From NCBI RefSeq assembly GCF_014859475.1, contig NZ_JACUUE010000001.1, positions 1 through 50,188 of the forward strand: 50,188 bases of DNA. The letters are read 5' to 3'. Each line of letters opens with the position of its first letter. Within the stretch, counting starts at the first letter, position 1. Under the pieces are notes generated by a model. The model had not been told where the DNA came from and made no database searches. It saw only the letters and a list, made by a program, of their open reading frames with translations. Shown in pieces: positions 9,123-17,373 of this stretch. Origin of the DNA: Rhodoferax sp. (GTDB lineage Bacteria; Pseudomonadota; Gammaproteobacteria; Burkholderiales; Burkholderiaceae_C). The position numbers and the translations under genes were made by a program.

Positions 9123-10286
9123 ATGCAATTTGGTCCGCGTGAAATCTATACGCCATTCCGGCCGATCCCGCTCGAAGTTCCGCAGGGGATGGTGCACAAC
9201 GAGTTTTTCAACAGCACGGAAAACCTCAATGACCTGATGAACAACAACGGGTTGCTGACCAATTCAGAAAACCTTCTGCTTTACCGCAAGGCGCTGGGTC
9301 ACAGCAACGAGTTTGATTGTTCGATCATTTACAACACCTCCAAGACCATCCTCAACCCGCTGGGGCGGCCGGTGCGGCGCACGCAGGTGAGCGACGATGT
9401 CAAGCATGTGTGGAACCGGATGAATCAAATCATCATCGACTACATGCTGGAGCAATATCCCGATCCGGATGAAGCGCTGATTCTGGCGGGCGAAGCCAGT
9501 CTGGATGCCACCTGGCCTTTGACCTCGCCAGGGGTCCCCAGCATCCGCATGCTGCATAACCACTTTATCGTTTTTCCCAAGGACGAGCTGCGCCGAGCCA
9601 AACTGGCCGATGACAAAAATCCGAACTTGACCGACGGTGGCCAAAACAGCCTGTTCCAGGCCTACATGCGCGAGGTTTATCGCGAGTTTTTCGACCAGGC
9701 GCTGCATTTGAAATTGCTCAAACCGGCCCCCGAGAGCGCCGCCCGCATCGAGCTTACCGGTTATCCCCAGGGCTTGCCAAGCTGGGAAATACAGGGCGGA
9801 GCAGCGGCCCTCAAGGACGTTCATTTCTGGCGGGAATACGATGAACTCCTGAAAGGTTTTATCGACTTTTACCGCACCTTCTTCTCCCAGGTTTCTTCGC
9901 GCAATGCGCCCATGCTGAAAGACGTCTATTTTCCGGATGAGGTGGAAAGCGTGCTGCTGTTCAACAATGATTTCATGAAAACAGCCAAGAAAGTCCGCGA
10001 CCACTGCATCGTCGATGCCAAATATGCCAACGCGATCCGCTGGCAACCCGCCTTCAAACAGCTGATCTACCGCAATGATGCAGGCCAGCTGATTGTCACG
10101 ATCAGCCAGAATTCCATTGGCAATGCGATCACCGAGTTGCTCGGCGTGGTGGTCAATCGCATTCCCGATGCACAGGCTTACGCCGACCGCGAAGGCGCGC
10201 TGGTCGGGCACCTGCTTGAAGTACGGCGGCGCCTGATCGAGTCCGATCTGGGCGAACCAATCGCCACGCCCTACTGGAGCGCGTAG
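9123..10286 (+). CDS. Hypothetical protein with a HIT-like motif
   Basis: 387-aa ORF with a GAGG RBS; PSIRMLHNHFIVFP resembles a histidine-triad segment. Confidence 0.75.
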   Translation: MQFGPREIYTPFRPIPLEVPQGMVHNEFFNSTENLNDLMNNNGLLTNSENLLLYRKALGHSNEFDCSIIYNTSKTILNPLGRPVRRTQVSDDVKHVWNRMNQIIIDYMLEQYPDPDEALILAGEASLDATWPLTSPGVPSIRMLHNHFIVFPKDELRRAKLADDKNPNLTDGGQNSLFQAYMREVYREFFDQALHLKLLKPAPESAARIELTGYPQGLPSWEIQGGAAALKDVHFWREYDELLKGFIDFYRTFFSQVSSRNAPMLKDVYFPDEVESVLLFNNDFMKTAKKVRDHCIVDAKYANAIRWQPAFKQLIYRNDAGQLIVTISQNSIGNAITELLGVVVNRIPDAQAYADREGALVGHLLEVRRRLIESDLGEPIATPYWSA

Positions 10287-10411
10287 GATTTTCCTGCCAG
10301 CGCAGGTCGGCCAGGCGCTGGCAAGACCGCTGGCACACGGAATATGGTTATGACAAAGATGTCTTTTGTGGCCCTGTTTTATTGCGGCACAATCGGCCCA
10401 AGGAGACATTC

Positions 10412-10801
10412 ATGGAACATATTCATCCCAAACAGGCAGTTGAAATCCTCAGTGCCAACCCCGATACGCTGTTTATCGATTGCCGTACCGAGGCCGAGTT
10501 TTATTACGTGGGCCACCCCACAGATGCCGTCAACATCGAGTGGAATACCGAACCTGATTTCGAGCTCAATCCGCATTTTTGCGATGCTGTCTTGTCCATC
10601 GCCGGGCGCAAGGAACGGCCTGTCATTTTGATTTGCCGCAGTGGCAATCGATCAGTCGATGCCGGGCTGGCACTTGAAAAATTCGGCTTCACGAACGTCA
10701 GCAACGTGCTCGAAGGTTTTGAGGGGCCGCTGGACCCGGAACACCACCGAGGCACCAAAGGGGGTTGGCGCTTTCATGGTTTGTCCTGGCGCCAGCTCTG
10801 A
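10412..10801 (+). CDS. Single-domain rhodanese (sulfurtransferase)
   Basis: AGGAG RBS; IDCRT, CRSGNRS active-site loop and LEGFEG...GW. Confidence 0.9.
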   Translation: MEHIHPKQAVEILSANPDTLFIDCRTEAEFYYVGHPTDAVNIEWNTEPDFELNPHFCDAVLSIAGRKERPVILICRSGNRSVDAGLALEKFGFTNVSNVLEGFEGPLDPEHHRGTKGGWRFHGLSWRQL

Positions 10802-10809
10802 CCCCTGAT

Positions 10810-11712
10810 TCACTCTTCCGGATCGCCGTACATTTCATCCTGCTCCTGCGCGCGCTTCGCGGCAGCTTCGGTCTCAAGGCGCAAGCGCCTCTCCTGTTGT
10901 CGTAGTCGGCGCTCATCCGCTGCTTCCTTGCGCAGCGGGATCGACTCCTCGCCAAACAGGACCTGGCGCAGAAAGCGAAAGCCGAACTGCATCAGTTCAA
11001 GATCGTCGCAAAGAATGTTTTTCAGCTCTTGCGCCGGTAAATCGTAGATGTCGCCAAACCCTTCGCTGGCCACAAACTGGCTGAAGCGATCAATGTCATA
11101 GCAGACCATGAAAAAGAGCTCCAGGCTGCGTTTGGATGGTTTACCAATACTCGGTCCGGATGATTTTTTCTTCAGGATCAGTTGGCGCCAGCCACGTGCC
11201 TGATCGTCGTATTCCTCCAGGCCCTGCTCCTTGCGGTAGTCGCCGACGCTGATTGAGCGCGGCTCCTGGTGACCCAGGCAATGTGGTTCTTCGACCAGGG
11301 CGTAGGAAGTGTGGTCGGTGCTTTCATCCTGGCGTCGCAGCGACAGCAGCGCAACAGGGTAGTAGCGGCACGCGGTCGGGCGATCTTCATAGACGCTGCA
11401 ACCCTCGGGTGTCATGAACTGGCACGCTGTGCCATTCGCAACCGGGCGCAGCTTGACGCCAGCGATGCTGTTTTGTTCGAATTCAAAGGGGACGGTATAT
11501 TTTTTCAGGAACTCGCCGGAACTGATCTCGAAACGGCGTTTGAGTCGCAGGATGTCATAAGGTGTCAGTGAAATGTCGATGTTGCTGCAGCAGGCGTTCC
11601 AGCAGGAAATGCCTTTGCGGCATTGAAACTGGATCACCTTGTTGGCATCAAAGGTCCGCGGCAACACCGGACTGGTGGGAAAGGGCATATCTTGTGTTTT
11701 GTGGTCTTCCAT
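10810..11712 (-). CDS. YkgJ/CxxCxxCC-family cysteine-cluster protein
   Basis: FQC...SCWNACC, CQF and CSVYEDRPTACRYYP. Confidence 0.82.
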   Translation of the reverse strand: MEDHKTQDMPFPTSPVLPRTFDANKVIQFQCRKGISCWNACCSNIDISLTPYDILRLKRRFEISSGEFLKKYTVPFEFEQNSIAGVKLRPVANGTACQFMTPEGCSVYEDRPTACRYYPVALLSLRRQDESTDHTSYALVEEPHCLGHQEPRSISVGDYRKEQGLEEYDDQARGWRQLILKKKSSGPSIGKPSKRSLELFFMVCYDIDRFSQFVASEGFGDIYDLPAQELKNILCDDLELMQFGFRFLRQVLFGEESIPLRKEAADERRLRQQERRLRLETEAAAKRAQEQDEMYGDPEE

Positions 11713-11732
11713 CGTTGCTACCTTGTGTTCCT

Positions 11733-11767
11733 AAAAAATAGGCCGAACACCCTGCGGTGCCCGGCCT
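11733..11767 (-). terminator. Probable intrinsic terminator after aprA
   Basis: Minus strand reads AGGCCGGGCACC-GCAG-GGTGTTCGGCCT followed by ATTTTTT. Confidence 0.6.
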
Positions 11768-11801
11768 TCGCTATCTTACACGGCTCAAAGTGAGCCAAGC
11801 A

Positions 11802-13832
11802 TCAGTGAGGTGCAGCGGTCTTGAACAACTTGGACTTGTCCACCAGATCAATGTGCTTGCGTTTGAAGCAAGTCCACTGCTTGGTGTTTTTGTCATAGAT
11901 TGAGTTCACGAAGCAGTGCCAGTTTTCCTCATCGACAAAGTTCTTGTCGGTGCGATAGTAGAAACCGGGGTAACGGCTTTCTTCGCGGAACTGGATGTGC
12001 TTCATGTGCGCTTCAGCGGTGATGATGCGGTGATAATTTTCCCAGGCACGCAGCAACTCATGCAGATCCTTGGCGCGCATTTTCAGCGAGTCTTCCTTGA
12101 GCAATGCCAGCTTCTCTTCGGCCACTGCCAGCATTTTGTCGTTGGTGTTGTAGTAAGTGCTGCAACCGGCGACATACTCGTCCATGATTTTCTGCAAACG
12201 GAACTGCAGCATCCTGGGCGTGATGTAGTTCGGGTTGATATCAATGGCCGTACTGAAATCCTTGAACTCCAGGAAAGTACGCACGGGCTGGTAAATTTCC
12301 GCTGCCAGTTGCTCAACCGAGGTATCGAGCTCAACCGTCCAGGCCTTGTTGTCCACGGCATACTTGACCATGGCCTTGGCGGCAATGCGCCCTTCGGCAT
12401 GCGAGCCTGAAGAGAATTTGTGGCCCGACGCGCCCACGCCGTCGCCAGCAGTGAACAGCCCCTTGACCGTGGTCATGGAGCGATAGCCCCAGTTCCAGCC
12501 CTTGGGCAGGTGTGCAGGGACGCCGTCGTACTCTTCGGTCGCCGGTGCGCCCAGATCTTCCGGACCTGACACCCAGATGCCGCAGCAGCCTGAATGCGAA
12601 CCGAGCAGGTAGGGCTCGGTGGGCATGAGTTCGGACATTTTTTTCTCGGGCTCGATGTTCTCGCCGACCCAGATGCCGCACTGGCCGATGCACATGTCAA
12701 GAAAGTCTTCCCAGGCTTCGGCTTCGAGGTGCTTGACTTCCTTGGGCGAGAGTGCCTCGCGCAGTTTGGCCAGCGCCGTGACGGTGTCCATGTAGATCGG
12801 GCCGTGGCCGTCCTTCATTTCCTTGAGCATCAGGTGGTTACGCAGGCAGGAGGCGGGAACAGCGGCCTGGCCATAAGGCGGATAGTCGTTGAGCATTTCC
12901 TTGTTCTTGACCATGTAGTCTTCGCCGTAGGCATTGACCGCCTTGGCCTTGAACAACAGGAACCAAGCGCCGACCGGGCCATAGCCGTCTTTAAAACGGG
13001 TCGGTACGAAGCGGTTTTCCATCATGGTCATTTCGGCGCCGGCTTCAGCCGCCATCGCGTAGGTGCTGCCCGCATTCCAGACCGGATACCAGGCACGGCC
13101 CTGACCTTCGCCCACCGAACGCGGACGAAACAGGTTGACACAACCACCGGCAGCCAGCAGGACTGACTTGGCCTTGTAGATATGGATTGAGTTGTCACGC
13201 ACCGAGAAGCCCACGGCACCGGCAATGCGCGAAGGATCGTTCTTGTCATTGATCAGCTTGACAATGAAGATACGTTCTTCGACACGCGCCAGACCAAGCG
13301 CTTTTTTGGCTGCTTCGGCCACGATCCATTTGTAGGACTCGCCGTTGATCATGATCTGCCACTTGCCCGAACGCACCGGTTTGCCACCGTCCTTGAGCGG
13401 AGGTATGCCTTCTTTCTGTGCCTCGGCACCGTCGTGACGGACACCCTCGGCATCGGTTTTCCAGATCGGCAGGCCCCACTCTTCGAACAAATGCACGGAG
13501 TCATCGACGATACGGCCCATGTCATAGGTCAGGTCGTCACGGGTGATGCCCATCAGGTCGTTGGAGACCATGCGGGCGTAGTCGGCCGGGTCAAGGTCGG
13601 GGCCGATGTAGGTGTTGATCGCCGACAGACCCTGCGCGACAGCGCCGGAGCGATCCATGGCGGCTTTGTCCACCAGTTTGATTTTGAGCTCGGTGCCGGT
13701 TTCGGCCTTGACGGCGTCAGCCCAGCGCATCACTTCATAGGCAGCACCGCAGCTTGCCATGCCGCCGCCGATGATCAGGATGTCCAGGTCTTCCTGGACG
13801 ATTTTGGGATTTTCAAAGCTAGCTTGAGACAT
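11802..13832 (-). CDS. aprA: Adenylylsulfate (APS) reductase alpha subunit
   Basis: RSGAVAQGLSAINTY, WQIMINGESYK, GRAWYPVWNAGS and GHKFSSGSHAEGR. Confidence 0.97.
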   Translation of the reverse strand: MSQASFENPKIVQEDLDILIIGGGMASCGAAYEVMRWADAVKAETGTELKIKLVDKAAMDRSGAVAQGLSAINTYIGPDLDPADYARMVSNDLMGITRDDLTYDMGRIVDDSVHLFEEWGLPIWKTDAEGVRHDGAEAQKEGIPPLKDGGKPVRSGKWQIMINGESYKWIVAEAAKKALGLARVEERIFIVKLINDKNDPSRIAGAVGFSVRDNSIHIYKAKSVLLAAGGCVNLFRPRSVGEGQGRAWYPVWNAGSTYAMAAEAGAEMTMMENRFVPTRFKDGYGPVGAWFLLFKAKAVNAYGEDYMVKNKEMLNDYPPYGQAAVPASCLRNHLMLKEMKDGHGPIYMDTVTALAKLREALSPKEVKHLEAEAWEDFLDMCIGQCGIWVGENIEPEKKMSELMPTEPYLLGSHSGCCGIWVSGPEDLGAPATEEYDGVPAHLPKGWNWGYRSMTTVKGLFTAGDGVGASGHKFSSGSHAEGRIAAKAMVKYAVDNKAWTVELDTSVEQLAAEIYQPVRTFLEFKDFSTAIDINPNYITPRMLQFRLQKIMDEYVAGCSTYYNTNDKMLAVAEEKLALLKEDSLKMRAKDLHELLRAWENYHRIITAEAHMKHIQFREESRYPGFYYRTDKNFVDEENWHCFVNSIYDKNTKQWTCFKRKHIDLVDKSKLFKTAAPH

Positions 13833-13858
13833 TCGATTCACCTTTTGAATGAGTTGGT

Positions 13859-14335
13859 TTATTTGACACGGATCAGTTCTGCCGCCTGGCCAGTGCGGTA
13901 GCCGCCCATCGTGTTCTGGGTAAACATGGCTGGCGTGCCGAGGTCTGCCATGGTTGGTATCGGCTTGTTGCCGTAGGGATCAATCGAGCCTTCGGCGGTG
14001 GTGCGAATCGGAAACTTGAAGCGTTTGAGCGTGCCGTTGCGGAACTTGATGGTCCACATGATGGAATCGGAGCCGCGCATCGGCTGCACCGAACCACCCA
14101 AAGGCACGATGTCGGCGTAGTGCCGTACTTCGATCGCGTTCTGCGGGCAAATCTTGACACAGGAATAGCATTCCCAGCACTGGTCAGGCTCCTGGTTCCA
14201 TGCCTTCATCGGATGGCCGGTTTGCGAGCCGTCCTTGTCCAGCGCCATCAGATCGTGGGGGCAGATGTACATGCAGGCAGTCTTGTCCTGCCCTTTGCAT
14301 CCATCACACTTTTCGGTTCTCACATAGGTAGGCAT
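13859..14335 (-). CDS. aprB: APS reductase beta subunit (lineage II / SRB-like N-terminus)
   Basis: CDGCKGQDKTACMYICP, CWECYSCVKICP and KRFKFPIRTT. Confidence 0.96.
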   Translation of the reverse strand: MPTYVRTEKCDGCKGQDKTACMYICPHDLMALDKDGSQTGHPMKAWNQEPDQCWECYSCVKICPQNAIEVRHYADIVPLGGSVQPMRGSDSIMWTIKFRNGTLKRFKFPIRTTAEGSIDPYGNKPIPTMADLGTPAMFTQNTMGGYRTGQAAELIRVK

Positions 14336-14377
14336 TTCACTTCTCCTTCTTGGGGTTGAGGTTGGGGTTAACGGGAA

Positions 14378-15553
14378 TCATTGGCCAGCCAGGTCGGCGT
14401 AGTACTCGCGCAGGATGGCAAGGACCTCGGGACGGCTGAATTCGGGCGGTACATCCGAGCCTTCGGACAGCGACTTGCGTAACTGGGTGCCCGAGACCTG
14501 CAGACGGTCGGCATCGGTGTGCGGGCAGGTTCGCCCTGAGGCCATGCCACCGCATTTGTAGCACCAGAAGGCGATATCGATTTTGAGTGGCTTGGTCTGC
14601 AGCGCATCTTCAGGAATGGTATCAAAGATGTGATGCGCGTCGAACGGGCCGTAATAACTGCCGACGCCAGCGTGATCGCGTCCGACAATCTGGTGCGAGC
14701 AACCATAGTTTTGCCGGAACAGCGCGTGCAGCAAAGCTTCGCGTGGGCCGGCATAGCGCATGTCCAGCGGATAGCCGGCCTGGATGACGGTTTTCTTGAC
14801 GAAGTAATTTTCGGTCAGCGTGCCAATCGCCTTGGCCCGCACTTCCGCCGGAATATCGCCCGGTTTGAGATGGCCAAGCAGCGAGTGAATCAGCACACCA
14901 TCGCAGGTTTCGATGGCAATCTTGGCCAGATATTCATGCGACCGGTGCATTGGATTGCGGGTCTGAAAGGCCGCCACCCTGCTCCATCCGAGCGCCTCGA
15001 ACTGCTCGCGCGTCTGTCTGGGCGACAAGAAAAGATCACCGTATTTTTCCGGAAAATCCCCCCGGGACAACACTTTGATCGGCCCCGCCAGGTTGATGTC
15101 GCCCTGCTCCATGACGAGTTTGACGCCGGGGTGCTTGGCATCGGTGGTCTTGAACACGGTGGCACATTCGTGCGCCTTGTCGATCGCGTATTTTTCTGTC
15201 ACGCGCATGGTCGCGAGAAATTCACCATTGTCCGGGTCGGTCAGAGCGATATCACCACCGATCTTGATGGTCTCGGCAGTCGCCGGGTCAGTCGACAGGG
15301 TGATGGGAATGGGCCAGAACAGGCCATTGGCCAATTTCATGCCGTCACAGATGCCGATCCAGTCGGCGTGCGACATGAATCCCTCCAACGGTGTGAAACC
15401 ACCGATGCCCAACATGATGATGTCGCCCTTTTCGCGCGAACTGACGCGCACCTTGGGCAGGCTGGCAGCGCGTGCCAGCTCGGCGGCAAGCGCATCGCCT
15501 TCAAGCAGTAATTCCAGCAGGCCGTGCCCGCCGTGGGGTTCAACTAAAGACAT
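14378..15553 (-). CDS. sat: Sulfate adenylyltransferase (ATP sulfurylase)
   Basis: [21 protein letters not shown] and VGRDHAGVG; GAGGAG RBS before the ATG at 15553. Confidence 0.96.
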   Translation of the reverse strand: MSLVEPHGGHGLLELLLEGDALAAELARAASLPKVRVSSREKGDIIMLGIGGFTPLEGFMSHADWIGICDGMKLANGLFWPIPITLSTDPATAETIKIGGDIALTDPDNGEFLATMRVTEKYAIDKAHECATVFKTTDAKHPGVKLVMEQGDINLAGPIKVLSRGDFPEKYGDLFLSPRQTREQFEALGWSRVAAFQTRNPMHRSHEYLAKIAIETCDGVLIHSLLGHLKPGDIPAEVRAKAIGTLTENYFVKKTVIQAGYPLDMRYAGPREALLHALFRQNYGCSHQIVGRDHAGVGSYYGPFDAHHIFDTIPEDALQTKPLKIDIAFWCYKCGGMASGRTCPHTDADRLQVSGTQLRKSLSEGSDVPPEFSRPEVLAILREYYADLAGQ

Positions 15554-15652
15554 CGTGGTAGCTCCTCTTGGTTTGGGTATATCAGGGCGTGTGATTGATG
15601 ACAATCGCGTCGAAGATATGCGGGTTGAGTAAATTGGAATGCATGACCATAT

Positions 15653-16633
15653 TCAACTGATCGCCTCGTAATAGAGGTTCTGCGGATGGTTCACCTGGGC
15701 AAAAAAGAACCACCGTTCGGCCAGCAAGCCCAGATACTGGACGGCGAAAGCCAATGCCAGCGCGCCGGGGAAATCCATCCAGAGACCGGCCATCAAAAGC
15801 AGCACCGGCGCCAAAAACACGGTTCCGAGAAACACCCACTTGACCGAGCGCAAGGTCGACAGTGAGCTGCCGTGGAAGAACTCCCTGGTATTGAACGAGC
15901 CGCCCAGAAACCCTGCCGATCTTTGCACGATGCGCGGATGCTTGATGCCAATGGCGGTTTGCAGCGTCGACTTTGGACGCAGGCGACTGTTGCGAATCAG
16001 CGAGGCGCCGCGACTGGCAAAAGCAAGCAGCGTGATGATCAGGGCCCAACCCGCGAAAAATCCGGCCAGTTCAGGTGCCTGACTCGTGGCAAAGGCGGCT
16101 GCCAGCGTGAACCCCGATGCGCCGCCCAACATGATGTAGTTGATGACCGTCAGCGGGCTGTGCCATTCCTGCATGAAACGCATGCAGGAATAGACCATGC
16201 CGGTGGCGATAAACAGCGCAAATGCGAGCACGGTCCCGATAACCCCTAGAACCACGCTGACATCGATCTCAACGCCATCCGGCAATGTCACTAAAACCGG
16301 GCTCCAGCCGGTGTAATGCGCCAGACCGTAGAGCAGCATCACACCCATGAAGACCGGCAGCACGATCACCTCGCGCGACAACCAGGAGGTGCGCCACATG
16401 GCGGCTGATCGCCAGGCGCGCTCGGGACGCCCGAGGTGCAAGAAAGAACTTGCCAGCCCGAGGGCGCTGATGATGAACACCAGCAACGTGCCCAAGGCGT
16501 AGAAAGACCGGCTGTCCTGGTTCGGCAGCAGACCGAACAACGCATAAGATTGCGCCGTGAACAAGGCAAGAAAAAGGCCTTGCGCAGCGCCGATCAGGGT
16601 GGTCAAGAAAATAACGGAGAAAGCGGGTTTCAT
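15653..16633 (-). CDS. soeC: SoeC, DmsC-type membrane anchor
   Basis: MKPAFSVIFLTT, HLGRPERA, WRTSWLSRE and ERWFFFA...HPQNLYY. Confidence 0.9.
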   Translation of the reverse strand: MKPAFSVIFLTTLIGAAQGLFLALFTAQSYALFGLLPNQDSRSFYALGTLLVFIISALGLASSFLHLGRPERAWRSAAMWRTSWLSREVIVLPVFMGVMLLYGLAHYTGWSPVLVTLPDGVEIDVSVVLGVIGTVLAFALFIATGMVYSCMRFMQEWHSPLTVINYIMLGGASGFTLAAAFATSQAPELAGFFAGWALIITLLAFASRGASLIRNSRLRPKSTLQTAIGIKHPRIVQRSAGFLGGSFNTREFFHGSSLSTLRSVKWVFLGTVFLAPVLLLMAGLWMDFPGALALAFAVQYLGLLAERWFFFAQVNHPQNLYYEAIS

Positions 16634-16641
16634 GTTGGTGC

Positions 16642-17373
16642 TTACCAGGACATCACATCGTCGAGTGAGGGTTCAGACATGTCCGGCTTGGGCAGGAGGC
16701 CGTCGATCTTCAATGGGTTATCGGCACGAATGAGTTCATCCTTGTGCAGGTTCAGTTCGTTTTTGCGCCTTGGCAAGTAGTGGTTCGACGGATAGGTGCC
16801 CCATTCGGGCATCAGCGTGTAACCCGCCTTCTCGCGAATCGCCAGCGACACCGCCGACTCCGAATCGTGGATGTCGCCAAACAGGCGCGCACTGGTCGGG
16901 CAGGCCAGCACACAGGCGGGTTTGCGTTCGCGCTCAGGCAGGGCGGTGTCGTAAATGCGATCCACGCAAAGCGTGCACTTGGTCATGACCTTGCGGCTTT
17001 CATCGAGCTCGCGCGCGCCGTAGGGACAGGCCCAGGAGCAGTACTTGCAGCCAATGCATTTGTCGGAATCAACGAGGACGATACCGTCTTCGGCGCGCTT
17101 GTAACTGGCCCCCGTGGGGCACACCGGCACGCACGGCGGGTCTTCACAATGCAGGCAGGATTTGGGGAAGTGCACCGTTTGCGTGTTCGGGAACTCACCG
17201 ACCTCGAAGGTCTGCACCCGGTTGAAAAAGGTACCCGTGGGCTCGGCGCCGTAGGGATTGAAGTCAGCCAGCGGGCCGGCCGTGCCCGAGGTGTTCCACT
17301 GCTTGCAACTGGTCACGCAGGCCTGGCAACCCACACACACATTCAGATCGATCACCAGCGCGAGCTGCGTCAT
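16642..17373 (-). CDS. soeB: SoeB, 4x[4Fe-4S] subunit
   Basis: CVGCQACVTSC, CLHCEDPPCVPVCP, CIGCKYCSWACP and CTLC; ATG overlaps the soeA stop. Confidence 0.92.
   Translation of the reverse strand: MTQLALVIDLNVCVGCQACVTSCKQWNTSGTAGPLADFNPYGAEPTGTFFNRVQTFEVGEFPNTQTVHFPKSCLHCEDPPCVPVCPTGASYKRAEDGIVLVDSDKCIGCKYCSWACPYGARELDESRKVMTKCTLCVDRIYDTALPERERKPACVLACPTSARLFGDIHDSESAVSLAIREKAGYTLMPEWGTYPSNHYLPRRKNELNLHKDELIRADNPLKIDGLLPKPDMSEPSLDDVMSW

Noticed and set aside
15595-15608. FNR-like box TTGAT-GACA-ATCGC upstream of sat
   Set aside because: Only 8 of 10 consensus matches and no convincing -10 at the expected distance.
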